A stretch of DNA of 45,759 bases from Chlamydiales bacterium (GTDB lineage: Bacteria; Chlamydiota; Chlamydiia; Chlamydiales; JAAKFR01), in NCBI GenBank assembly GCA_049281295.1, contig JBAPRV010000187.1:1-45759 (forward strand), written 5' to 3'. Every line of letters begins with the position of its first letter. The stretch's first letter is position 1. Shown piece by piece: positions 35,601 through 44,443 of this stretch. Both the position numbers and the translations under genes were made by a program. Below the pieces are notes generated by a model, which did not search any database, was not told where the DNA came from, and was given only the letters and a program-made list of their open reading frames with translations.

Positions 35601-35883
35601 TCAGAAATGGATTGACATGGGCCAATCGCTCAATCTCTATTTAGCCGAACCAAGCGGTAAAAAATTAAATAAAATGTATATCATGGCATGGAAAAAAGGA
35701 TTGAAAACGACCTATTATCTCAGAGCACTTGGAGCGACTCATATCGAAAAAGCAACGACGGATATCAATAAAAGGGGGCTGCAACCCCGCTGGATGAAAA
35801 GCCGCTCCGCTTCAAGTCGTATTGTAGTTCAAAGAGAAAAGAGCTCTTGTCCTGTTGATGAGCCATGTGAAAGTTGTCAATAA
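32650..35883 (+). CDS. nrdA: Ribonucleoside-diphosphate reductase alpha subunit with three N-terminal ATP-cones
   Basis: Three ATP-cone starts (VKRNGMLVPF..., RRDKTTFVRFNP..., VTRADGSQYTL...). Catalytic core blocks include SSCYLS, NLCTEI and ATIANI, and the C-terminal redox pair is CESC. Confidence 0.97.
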   Translation: MKEDQTTATLVSDSEEALADITTSEIEENMQKLETQSYTIVKRNGMLVPFQRERIANAVEAAFRDTKAIASPQPLPGDMQQAMIRVIDLVVEEASHMAELGALLTVESIQDIVEMKLMEMGYHDVARDYIIYRDHHKQLRTDSPQALKILRRDKTTFVRFNPMKIASALERAFRDTLKSVGPTPQEVIESVNLITQKIVDFALQTAQAKTILHVEMIQDQIEHQLMTEGHYNVAKDFILYRAQKAAEREKQKPPIPAEEKAAEKEQFFTVTRADGSQYTLGEKELYQKMAFACKGYESLVSVDELVDQAIANFYDGIKEREIDLANIMAARAKVESEPAYTYVAANLLLDVIYRETMGIQAATPHLKQRYQSYFKEYFQHAISLGRLDPALLDFDLEKLSKALDITRDHQFTYLGLQTLYDRYFIHHRERRLETPQIFWMRVAMGLALNEGNEKNDRAIEFYNVLSKFLYISSTPTLFNSGTVHSQLSSCYLSTVMDDLSHIYKVISDDAQLSKWAGGLGNDWTNVRATGAFIKGTNGKSQGVIPFLKVANDTAVAVNQGGKRKGALCVYLETWHLDIEDFLELRKNTGDERRRTHDINTANWIPDLFIKRVINNESWTLFSPHEVPDLHNLYGKAFEEKYVEYEKRVEKGEITLFKKVEAVQLWRKMLGMLYETGHPWITFKDPSNLRSPQDHAGVVHSSNLCTEILLNTSADETAVCNLGSINLVAHLTEKGIHRELLASTIQTAIRMLDNVIDINFYPTEDAKRANLRHRAVGLGLMGFQDALYKLGISYASHEAVEFADKSMELIAYHAILASSQLAKERGPYSTYKDSKWDRGILPLDSIELLADQRGENYVEMDTSSHLDWTEVRDSIKKYGMRNCNTMAIAPTATIANISNVSQSIEPMYKHLFVKSNLSGEFTILNACLVEALKKENLWDEEMIDDLKYFDGSLHEIERIPDSIKKLFPTAFEIEPDWLIECASRRQKWIDMGQSLNLYLAEPSGKKLNKMYIMAWKKGLKTTYYLRALGATHIEKATTDINKRGLQPRWMKSRSASSRIVVQREKSSCPVDEPCESCQ

Positions 35884-35895
35884 AAGGAAATAAAT

Positions 35896-36927
35896 ATGTT
35901 TACAGCTGAAGAAAACCGAGTTCAAGTGAACAAAAAAAAATTGATCAATTGCAACACCATTGATCTCAATCAATTAATGCCTCTTAAGTACAAATGGGCC
36001 TGGGAGCACTATCTCAATGGGTGCGCAAACAACTGGCTTCCCACAGAAGTGCCTATGGCCAAAGACATTGAATTGTGGAAATCAAACACCCTTTCAGAGA
36101 CAGAAAGGCATGTGATCATGCGCAATCTAGGATTTTTTAGCACAGCGGAGAGTCTCGTCGGCAACAATATTGTCTTGGCTATTTTCAAACATATTACAAA
36201 TCCGGAAGCGAGACAGTACCTTTTGCGCCAAGCCTACGAAGAGGCGGTGCACACTCACACTTTCCTCTATATCTGCGAATCTTTAGGGCTCGACGAGGGA
36301 GAGGTGTTTAACATGTACAATGAGATTTCGGTTATCAAAGAGAAAGACACCTTTGAGATGCAGCTGACCGGCGATGTGATGCAGGATGGATTTTCAACGA
36401 ACACTGTAGAAGGGGCTCAAAAGCTTCTTGAAAACCTGATCGGCTACTACATCATTATGGAAGGGATCTTTTTCTACAGTGGTTTTGTGATGATTTTGTC
36501 GTTTCATCGACAGAACAAAATGACCGGAATCGGTGAGCAATATCAATATATCCTTCGAGATGAGACCATTCACCTCAACTTTGGCATTGATTTGATCAAT
36601 GGCATTAAGGAAGAGAACCCGCATCTTTGGACCCCTTCTTTTCAGGCCCATGTTGTCAAGTTGGTTCGAAAAGCTGTCGAGCTTGAGATTGCTTACGCTG
36701 AAGAGTGCCTTCCGCAAGGCATCCTGGGCCTCAGAGCGCCCATGTTTCATGATTATGTTCAACATATTGCAGACCGCCGCCTTGAGCGGATTGGTTTAAA
36801 AGCCGTCTACCATTCAAAAAACCCCTTCCCCTGGATGAGTGAAACCATCGACTTGTTTAAAGAGAAGAACTTTTTTGAAACACGCGTCACCGAATATCAA
36901 ACGGCAGGGAATCTTATCTGGACCTAA
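35896..36927 (+). CDS. nrdB: Ribonucleotide reductase beta subunit, class Ic (Mn/Fe, no tyrosyl radical site)
   Basis: Metal ligands are E85 (Glu in STAES where class Ia has Asp) and E116-x-x-H119. Phe123 (TTC 36262-36264) sits at the H+4 position where class Ia has the radical Tyr. A second pair lies in EGIFFYS...DETIH. Confidence 0.95.
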   Translation: MFTAEENRVQVNKKKLINCNTIDLNQLMPLKYKWAWEHYLNGCANNWLPTEVPMAKDIELWKSNTLSETERHVIMRNLGFFSTAESLVGNNIVLAIFKHITNPEARQYLLRQAYEEAVHTHTFLYICESLGLDEGEVFNMYNEISVIKEKDTFEMQLTGDVMQDGFSTNTVEGAQKLLENLIGYYIIMEGIFFYSGFVMILSFHRQNKMTGIGEQYQYILRDETIHLNFGIDLINGIKEENPHLWTPSFQAHVVKLVRKAVELEIAYAEECLPQGILGLRAPMFHDYVQHIADRRLERIGLKAVYHSKNPFPWMSETIDLFKEKNFFETRVTEYQTAGNLIWT

Positions 36928-36958
36928 AAAAACAGCATGTTTTACGATTTGCAGAAAG

Positions 36959-38221
36959 ATGCAGCACAAACATTCCTCCCTTTTTGCCGCTTATTTTATC
37001 CTCTTTTTGGACAATTTGGGCTATGCTATTTTATTTCAAATTCTCCCACTTATTTTTATCGACCCTTCCTACCACTTTCTGCCCCAAGAGACGATTATTT
37101 CGACGCGAAATATTCTCCTCAGCCTGCTTTTAGCAATCTTTCCTTTAGCTCAATTTTTCGCGGCTCCTATATTTGGAGATATTGCCGATCGGTGTGGAAG
37201 AAAAAAAGTCCTTTTCTGGCTGCTTCTCGGCAGCTTTATCGGCTATTGTTTCACCGCAGCCGGCCTAGCCTTTAAGCTTTACTATCTCCTTTTTTTAAGT
37301 CGTTTATTTTCAGGTATTTTTGGATGCTCATTAGCTATATCCATGGCAATAGTTGCCGATCTCTCTCCTTACAAAAGCCTACGAGGGAAGAGGTTGGGAA
37401 CGGTCGCTGCTTTGATCGGTTTGGGCTGGTTGATAGCGCTGCTTTTGGGAACTGTTTTCACAAATCCCCTCTTTTTTGCTTTTGTTAATTCCTCTCTTCT
37501 CTTTTGGATCCTACCTGCTTTTTCGATCCTGAATATGATTGTGCTCTTCACCTGCTATAGAGAACCAGAGAAAACCAATCTCCCTCCCAATTTATTTAAG
37601 GGAATCCATCGAATTGTTCATCTGCTTGAAATGAAGCATCTGCGCACCTTTTATCTGGTGTTTTTCTTCTGGTTTTTAGGTTACTTGATCTCCTTACAAT
37701 GGATTTTCCCTGTTTCCATTGAAAAATTTCAGGTATCGGAGGGACAAATCATTGCTCTCTTGCTCAGTTGGGGATGTATATGGGTTTTTTCAAGTGGTTT
37801 TCTGAATCGCTGGCTTATCAATCGACTCTCATTATGGCCTCTTAACCTTTGGACCCTGTTTGGGCTGAGCCTTTTTTTATTTTTTTCAGGCGTCTCAAAC
37901 TTCTTTCTTTTTTTTGCGATCACCTATGTTGTGGGAGGGATGTTTGCAGCCCTAACTTGGGGAAACACCTTGAGCTTAATCTCGCTTGCCATTCGACAAG
38001 AGGAACAGGGAAAGGGGATGGGTATTGCCCTTTCGATGTTTTCTCTCACCCAAATTTTCGGCCCTTTCCTGGGAGGAACCATTGCCGGTTTTTCCATAGG
38101 CCCGCTATTTTACGGATGCTCTCTTCTCGCTTTTATCAGCTTTCTCCTGCTTCTTATCTATGTCGTTCGCCCTAGAAGACCTTCTACGAAAAAATTCTTT
38201 ATAGAGCCTATACGAAGGTAA
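36959..38221 (+). CDS. MFS transporter
   Basis: About 12 TM helices and the MFS loop motif GDIADRCGRKKV. Start placed at ATG 36959, because the ORF-track start 36839 overlaps nrdB. Confidence 0.85.
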   Translation: MQHKHSSLFAAYFILFLDNLGYAILFQILPLIFIDPSYHFLPQETIISTRNILLSLLLAIFPLAQFFAAPIFGDIADRCGRKKVLFWLLLGSFIGYCFTAAGLAFKLYYLLFLSRLFSGIFGCSLAISMAIVADLSPYKSLRGKRLGTVAALIGLGWLIALLLGTVFTNPLFFAFVNSSLLFWILPAFSILNMIVLFTCYREPEKTNLPPNLFKGIHRIVHLLEMKHLRTFYLVFFFWFLGYLISLQWIFPVSIEKFQVSEGQIIALLLSWGCIWVFSSGFLNRWLINRLSLWPLNLWTLFGLSLFLFFSGVSNFFLFFAITYVVGGMFAALTWGNTLSLISLAIRQEEQGKGMGIALSMFSLTQIFGPFLGGTIAGFSIGPLFYGCSLLAFISFLLLLIYVVRPRRPSTKKFFIEPIRR

Positions 38222-38284
38222 AATCTCTAGAGAAAAAAACTCAAAGCCTTTAACATCCCTACTCCACCAAACAGGATTTGCCGC

Positions 38285-41224
38285 ATGTCTATTATTGCAA
38301 GTGGAAAGAAGTATCGCAACTTCCTCATCACACGGGTCACCGAAATCTCGGAAATCCAAAACACCCTTATCGAATTGGTACATGAGCCCACAGGAGCTCA
38401 GATTATGCAACTTGCCAACGAAGATGAGGAAAATCTTTTTAATCTCTCTTTTAACACTTGGCCCCAAACATCAAATGGAGTTGCGCATATCCTAGAACAT
38501 ACTGTCCTTTGCGGCTCAGATAAATTCCCTATTCGAGACCCTTTTTTCGCGATGACTCGACGAAGTTTAAACACCTTTATGAATGCCATTACCGGCCCGG
38601 ACTTCACCTGTTATCCCGCCTCCTCTCAGGTCCCTAAGGACTTTTATAATTTGCTGGAGGTCTATCTTGATGCCGTATTTAAACCGAAACTTTCCGAGTT
38701 GAGTTTTTTCCAAGAGGGATGGAGGCTCGAGTTTTTAAAAGGGGATGATTCAAACTCCCCTCTTCTTTTTAAAGGCATTGTCTTCAATGAGATGAAAGGA
38801 GCTATGGCAAGTGGACCCGCCCGCCTCTCGGAAGCTCTTATGCAGGCTCTTTTCCCCGATGTAACCTATGGGATAAACTCGGGAGGCGATCCTAAAGAAA
38901 TTCCAAACTTAACCTACGAAGAGTTAAAAGAGTTTCATGCTCAATTTTATCACCCCAGTCGCTGCCTCTTCTTCTTTTATGGAAATCTTCCTTTAGAAAA
39001 GCATCTCGATTTTTTGGAAAAGCATGCCTTTGAAGGCGTTAAACCGCTCCCTCCCCTCTCCCCTCTACCCAAGCAATCCCGTTACAAAAACAAGGCCTAT
39101 CACACAAAGAAATATCCAGTCATGCAAGAGGAAGCCTCTGAGGCAACTTTAGTGGGCATGGGGTGGCTCACCTGTTCGATTTTAGAACAAGAAGAACTTT
39201 TGGCTCTCAATGTTCTAGATGTCGCCTTAACGGGGACAGATGCAGCCCCATTGAAAAAAGCTCTACTTCGCTCTAATTTATGCAAGCAGGTCGATTCGAT
39301 TCTTGACAATGAAATGAATCAAGTTCCCTTTGTTATTATCTGCAGAGGGTGCCAAGAAGAAGGGGGAGCTCCCTTAGAAGCGGTCGCCTACTCTGCTTTA
39401 TCCAAGATAGCAAGCGACGGGCTGCCGGATCATTTGATTGAGGGAGCCATCCATCAATTAGAGATCTCTCGAACTGAAATTAGCCGAGGCTCAGCACCCT
39501 ATGGTCTCTCTCTTTTTTTTCGCTCGGCTCTTCTAAAACAACATGGAGGCAATCCCGAAGACGGCCTTAGAGTACATACCCTGTTTCATAAACTTCGAGA
39601 AAAAGTGAAAGATCGCTCTTATCTCCCCCAGCTTATCCAGAAACACTTTCTAAACAATTCCCACTTTGTGCGCGTGGTGATGCAACCCGATCAAGACTTG
39701 GCCAAAGAGGAGATAATCGAAGAGCAAAACAAACTGGAAAAGATACATAAATCATTCGAAGAGAAAGATGTACGTAAATTGATCGAAAGAGCCGCACAGC
39801 TTGTCTCCTATCAGGAAGAAGAAGACAAGGTCGAGCTATTGCCTAAGGTCACTCTTGCCGATGTCCAACGGGAAGGGAAAGAATTTGCTCTCTCTCAAGA
39901 GCGGCTAGGCCCTTTTGAACTGTGGCATCACAGCTGTTTTACCAATGATTTTCTCTATGCCGATCTCGTGTTCGACCTGCCTCATATTGACGAGACAGAT
40001 CTTTCCCTTTTCTCACTTTTCACCTTTTTACTCCCCCAAATGGGATGTGGTCATCGCAATTATCAAGAGCACCTTGAGTATGTCATCGAGCATACCGGCG
40101 GCATAGACGTCTCTGCAGATTTGGGCATCCAAGCTGAAAATCCCAATCATATGAGACCTACCTTGAGTGTTCGGGGAAAGGCTCTTGATCGAAAGCAGGA
40201 CAAATTATTTTCTCTTTTCCAGGACCTCATCACCACGGCCGATTTTACAGATATAGCCAGATTAGACGAGCTTCTCAATCAGCACCTCCGAAGTTTAGAA
40301 GATAGCATTAACTACAAACCGATGCACTATGCTATTAATCTAGCTGCCAGAGGATGTTCTATCCCCTCCATGATATACAATGCTTGGCACGGCCTGGATT
40401 ATTATTGGACTCTCAAAGCCACGCTCTCGGCATTTGAAAACGACCCTCAGTATCTCGTTGAAAAGCTTAAAACCTTCCAAGAGCAATACCTCGGCCTTCA
40501 AGGAGCCCGTTTAATATTGAGTACGGACGAGAAAAACTATGAGCAATTAAAACAGAGTGATTTTTACGGCCTATCAGCCCTTCCAGCCAAATCTTTCCCC
40601 AAATGGAAGGGAGACTATAGCCTCACTCAAACCCCCTCTCAAGGGAGAGTGATCCCCGCACCGGTGGCTTTCACCTCTTTTCTCTTCCCCTCTTGCTCTT
40701 ACGTGCATCCTGATACGCCCGCTTTAAGTGTTGCCTCAGAGATTATGAATAATAAAACACTTCATAAGCGAATCAGAGAACAGGGAGGCGCTTACGGCTC
40801 TGGAGCAGTAAACGCTGTCACTTCGGGCCATTTTTATTTTTACGCCTATCGAGACCCGCATCTTGCTAACACGCTCAGCGCTTTTCAAGAGGGAGTGGAT
40901 GATCTTGTAAACGGGCGATTCGAAGAAGAAGATTTAATCGAGGCCAAGTTAAGCCTTTTCCAATCCCTCGACTCCCCCATCTCTCCTGGATTGCGTGCTT
41001 TGACCGCTTTTCATCGGCTTTGGGAAGGAAGAGACCCGGTTAGGCGTCAACAGTTTCGAGACAAACTATTCTCTCTTGAAAAAGAAGAGGTCCAAAGCGC
41101 AGCCAAGCGCCACCTGCTCGATGGGCTGGCCAAAGGGACACTGGTCTCTTTTGCAGGTAAAGAGATGCTTGAAAAGGAAAATCACTTGTTAAAAGAACCC
41201 CTTCCACTTTATCCTATTAGCTAA
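38285..41224 (+). CDS. M16-family zinc metalloprotease, PreP/M16C-like (979 aa)
   Basis: Inverted zinc motif HILEH (HxxEH) followed by FNEMKGA. The ~1000-aa four-domain size is typical of presequence-protease-like enzymes. Confidence 0.9.
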   Translation: MSIIASGKKYRNFLITRVTEISEIQNTLIELVHEPTGAQIMQLANEDEENLFNLSFNTWPQTSNGVAHILEHTVLCGSDKFPIRDPFFAMTRRSLNTFMNAITGPDFTCYPASSQVPKDFYNLLEVYLDAVFKPKLSELSFFQEGWRLEFLKGDDSNSPLLFKGIVFNEMKGAMASGPARLSEALMQALFPDVTYGINSGGDPKEIPNLTYEELKEFHAQFYHPSRCLFFFYGNLPLEKHLDFLEKHAFEGVKPLPPLSPLPKQSRYKNKAYHTKKYPVMQEEASEATLVGMGWLTCSILEQEELLALNVLDVALTGTDAAPLKKALLRSNLCKQVDSILDNEMNQVPFVIICRGCQEEGGAPLEAVAYSALSKIASDGLPDHLIEGAIHQLEISRTEISRGSAPYGLSLFFRSALLKQHGGNPEDGLRVHTLFHKLREKVKDRSYLPQLIQKHFLNNSHFVRVVMQPDQDLAKEEIIEEQNKLEKIHKSFEEKDVRKLIERAAQLVSYQEEEDKVELLPKVTLADVQREGKEFALSQERLGPFELWHHSCFTNDFLYADLVFDLPHIDETDLSLFSLFTFLLPQMGCGHRNYQEHLEYVIEHTGGIDVSADLGIQAENPNHMRPTLSVRGKALDRKQDKLFSLFQDLITTADFTDIARLDELLNQHLRSLEDSINYKPMHYAINLAARGCSIPSMIYNAWHGLDYYWTLKATLSAFENDPQYLVEKLKTFQEQYLGLQGARLILSTDEKNYEQLKQSDFYGLSALPAKSFPKWKGDYSLTQTPSQGRVIPAPVAFTSFLFPSCSYVHPDTPALSVASEIMNNKTLHKRIREQGGAYGSGAVNAVTSGHFYFYAYRDPHLANTLSAFQEGVDDLVNGRFEEEDLIEAKLSLFQSLDSPISPGLRALTAFHRLWEGRDPVRRQQFRDKLFSLEKEEVQSAAKRHLLDGLAKGTLVSFAGKEMLEKENHLLKEPLPLYPIS

Positions 41225-41228
41225 ACGT

Positions 41229-42590
41229 ATGTTAGAGATTGAAAAATTAAAAAAACTCTTTGCCGAAAAGAAAGAGACCATCTTTCATGATTTTTTTACC
41301 TTTTTACGCTTCAAAAGCATCTCTACCGACTCATCTTACCTTGAAGAGAGTAAAAAATGCGCCGATTGGCTAGCTCAATATCTTGAGCAGAGCGGTCTTA
41401 ATGTAGAGCAATGGGAAACCTGCAAGGTGCCTGTTCTTTTTGCAACCGATCCCTTTGCCTCTCAGGAAAAGAAAACCCTTCTTATCTACTGCCACTACGA
41501 CGTGCAGCCGATCGACCCCATCGAAGAGTGGCTCTCCGACCCCTTCGAGCCTACTCTACGAGACGGAGAGATCTATGCACGTGGAGCCTCAGACAATAAA
41601 GGGCAATGTTTTTACACCATTTGGGCGCTTAGAATATTAATCAAAGAGCTCGGCCAGCTGCCTGTGAACATAAAATTCATCATCGAAGGAGAAGAAGAGA
41701 GCGGAAGCACGGGGTTATCACGCATCCTTAACGAGAAAAAAGAGGCCCTTAAAGCCGACTATTTATTGATTGTCGACTGCGGGCTTGAAAAAGCCGATAC
41801 TCCCGCTATCACATTAGGAGCAAGAGGCCTTGTTCTTTTAGAACTCTCCGTTCAAGAGGCTCCATTTGATCTGCACTCCGGCATGATGGGAGGAGTAGCC
41901 TACAATCCCAATCGAGCCCTTGTTGAGATGCTCGCAAAATTGCATACCGAAACGGGCAGAGTTGCCGTCGAAGGATTTTACGACGACGTGATTGAAATAA
42001 GCGAGGAAGAGAGAAAGCACCTTTCGTTCAATCCGAAGGATCAACAAGACTTTGGGTTTGAACCTACTGGTATGGAAAAAGGGTTTAGTCCGCAAGAGGC
42101 CTGCTGGCTTCGTCCAACCCTTGAGATCAATGGAATGAGTGGAGGGTATGCAGGCCCCGGCTTTAAAACAGTTATCCCGGCAAAAGCAAAAGCCAAAATC
42201 TCTTGCCGACTCGTTCCAAACCAAGACCCCTACCATGTCGCTTCCCTTGTTCGAGATTTTTTGATAGCCCGGACACCAAAGGGGCTCAAAACAGAAATTG
42301 AAATCCCTGCCAGTAGTGGAAAAGGGTTTCGTAGCAGCCCCAACTGCTACCTAGCAGAGATCATGGCCAAAAGCTATTCAGATGTATTTCAAAAGCCATG
42401 TCAAAAAACCTTAACCGGGGGCACGATTCCTATTGCAGTCGAGTTAGGACATATTATTGAAGCCGAGCCCATCTTAGTTGGCGTAGCTTTACCGGGTGAC
42501 CGCGTGCATTCCCCTAATGAACACTTTGGCATCGATCGTTTTGAAAAAGGATTTCTAACAATTTGCCACGCTCTTGAACTTTTTTGCTAA
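41229..42590 (+). CDS. M20-family dipeptidase / acetylornithine-deacetylase-like
   Basis: YCHYDVQP, ARGASDNKGQ, IEGEEESGS, and a C-terminal HSPNEH block. Confidence 0.9.
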   Translation: MLEIEKLKKLFAEKKETIFHDFFTFLRFKSISTDSSYLEESKKCADWLAQYLEQSGLNVEQWETCKVPVLFATDPFASQEKKTLLIYCHYDVQPIDPIEEWLSDPFEPTLRDGEIYARGASDNKGQCFYTIWALRILIKELGQLPVNIKFIIEGEEESGSTGLSRILNEKKEALKADYLLIVDCGLEKADTPAITLGARGLVLLELSVQEAPFDLHSGMMGGVAYNPNRALVEMLAKLHTETGRVAVEGFYDDVIEISEEERKHLSFNPKDQQDFGFEPTGMEKGFSPQEACWLRPTLEINGMSGGYAGPGFKTVIPAKAKAKISCRLVPNQDPYHVASLVRDFLIARTPKGLKTEIEIPASSGKGFRSSPNCYLAEIMAKSYSDVFQKPCQKTLTGGTIPIAVELGHIIEAEPILVGVALPGDRVHSPNEHFGIDRFEKGFLTICHALELFC

Positions 42591-42637
42591 AAGCAGTAAA
42601 CTTTCCTTCGCAGGTTTTATTATCTAGGAGTTTAGCT

Positions 42638-44095
42638 ATGAAATTTTCCGTAAAAAAAGGGACAAAATTATTTTTAGGAGCCCTCTTTTTATTCACAACC
42701 CCTCATCCACTCGCTGCTCAAGATGATCTCCCTCAGGCCAATGAAACCTTATTGAGACAAATCTCTCAAGGCTTTGCAAAAGTAGCTAAAAAGGCGATTC
42801 CTGCGGTAGTTTATATCGAAAGTCAAGGGGTTGAAGAGAAAAAATCATCTTCATCTCAATCAAGACGTCAGCCCTATGACTACCCTTTCGATTTTTTTAA
42901 TGATGACTTTTTCAATCGGTTTTTCGGCTTGCCTCGGCAAGAGCAGAACAGACCCCCCGAATTGGTGAGAGGTTCAGGTTTTATCATATCCGAAGATGGA
43001 TACATTCTTACCAATAACCATGTCGTTGAAGAGGCATCAAAGGTCAAAGTAACCCTGCAAAATGGACATAAAGTATTGGCTAAAGTGATAGGGACCGACC
43101 CAAAAACCGATTTAGCCGTGATTAAAATCGATGACACAAATCTTCCTTACCTTTCCCTTGGTGATTCCGACACACTCCAAGTAGGAGATTGGGCCGTAGC
43201 GGTTGGAAATCCCTTCGGACTGCAAGCTACCGTTACGGTTGGCGTAGTCAGCGCAAAAGGGAGAAATCAGCTCCGCATAGCCGATTTTGAAGACTTTATC
43301 CAGACAGATGCCGCCATCAACCCGGGCCATTCAGGCGGACCTCTTCTCAATGTAAATGGCGAGGTGATAGGGATAAATACAGCTATTGTAAGCGGATCGG
43401 GCGGATACATGGGAATTGGTTTTGCCATCCCAAGCAATATGGCCCGCAGAATTACCGATCAACTCATCGATAAAGGATCAGTCACACGAGGGTTTTTAGG
43501 AGTCTCTCTTCAACCTATAGACAGCGATCTTCAAAAATTCTATCATCTCGATTCACCTCATGGAGCTTTAGTCGCAGAAGTGATCGAGGGCTCCCCTGCC
43601 GATAAAGCAGGTCTTAAACAAGAAGATATTATCTTAAGCTATAACGGCACAAAAGTTGAAAGTTTGGGAGCTTTCAGAAACTATGTCTCACTTATGGAAC
43701 CCGGTTCACCTCTCACTTTACAAATCAAACGAGACGGTAAAATCATGAATCTCGAGGTAAAGGTCAGCTCAGCGCCTGAAGAGAAGATGGGCCCTAATTC
43801 TCCCGTTCAGAGACTTGGGATGAAAGTTCAAGAGCTCACTCCGGAGCTAGCTCAAAAAATCGGATATCCATCAGAAACTAAAGGTATTGTGATTTCTGAA
43901 ATCGCATTAAACGGACCTGCTGCGGAAGCGGCTCTCCAGCCTGGAAGTTTGATATTAGCGGTTAACCGTCATAAAGTGACCACAATGGAGGAGTTTTCAA
44001 AAGCCATAAATGAGGCGACTCAAGGTGACAGAGTATTGCTCAGAGTCCGCCAGGGAGATGCCGTTCGCTTTGTCGCTCTACAATTTGAGGATTGA
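42638..44095 (+). CDS. htrA: Periplasmic serine endoprotease HtrA/DegP (two PDZ domains)
   Basis: Signal peptide after ATG 42638 (AGGAG upstream). Catalytic triad blocks TNNHVV, DLAVIKI and GHSGGPL, followed by two PDZ-like repeats. Confidence 0.95.
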   Translation: MKFSVKKGTKLFLGALFLFTTPHPLAAQDDLPQANETLLRQISQGFAKVAKKAIPAVVYIESQGVEEKKSSSSQSRRQPYDYPFDFFNDDFFNRFFGLPRQEQNRPPELVRGSGFIISEDGYILTNNHVVEEASKVKVTLQNGHKVLAKVIGTDPKTDLAVIKIDDTNLPYLSLGDSDTLQVGDWAVAVGNPFGLQATVTVGVVSAKGRNQLRIADFEDFIQTDAAINPGHSGGPLLNVNGEVIGINTAIVSGSGGYMGIGFAIPSNMARRITDQLIDKGSVTRGFLGVSLQPIDSDLQKFYHLDSPHGALVAEVIEGSPADKAGLKQEDIILSYNGTKVESLGAFRNYVSLMEPGSPLTLQIKRDGKIMNLEVKVSSAPEEKMGPNSPVQRLGMKVQELTPELAQKIGYPSETKGIVISEIALNGPAAEAALQPGSLILAVNRHKVTTMEEFSKAINEATQGDRVLLRVRQGDAVRFVALQFED

Positions 44096-44145
44096 CTCCT
44101 TTTGTGCAGACAGAAGAGGTTAGCGGGAAAAAAGAACAGAATTTA

Positions 44146-44304
44146 TAGTCAATTCAGCTGAAAATTTCACAAATTGGACGCAATATTTTTGCGAAAGGCA
44201 AAGCGCAGAGAACGAAACTGACTTGAATAAGTCAGTGAGTTCGAACACAAAGCCACTCGCGAAAAGATGTGGATTAATTTGTGAAATTTTCAATTGAATC
44301 GACA
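44146..44304. repeat. ~160-bp imperfect palindromic (REP-like) element abutting the IS left end
   Basis: The arms 44146-44175 and 44276-44304 are inverted repeats with a 16-bp perfect core (GAAAATTTCACAAATT / AATTTGTGAAATTTTC). The interior carries further hairpins (CTGACTT-GAATA-AAGTCAG, CGCAA-TATTT-TTGCG). Confidence 0.75.
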
Positions 44305-44443
44305 TACTGTAGTCGCGCAAGCTTAAAGCGAGATAGGCAAAAGTTGGTTGCTCCTTAAAAAACGGGATAGTATGACTTCCCAGTGCAAGAGCTTAGCTCT
44401 TTACAATTACCAAGATCGGAAATCTCAATAATAAGGAGCAACC

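Noticed and set aside
36839-38495. Alternative-frame ORFs around the MFS and M16 genes (36937-37275, 37849-38175, 38105-38467, 38295-38495) and the long 36839 start of the MFS gene
   Set aside because: They overlap confidently called genes in other frames. The 36839 start would overlap nrdB by 89 nt and adds a non-hydrophobic, Lys/Arg-rich leader, so ATG 36959 is preferred.
44120-44320. 66-aa minus-strand ORF upstream of the transposase
   Set aside because: It lies entirely within the compound palindrome, has no start context, and its composition is dictated by the repeat.
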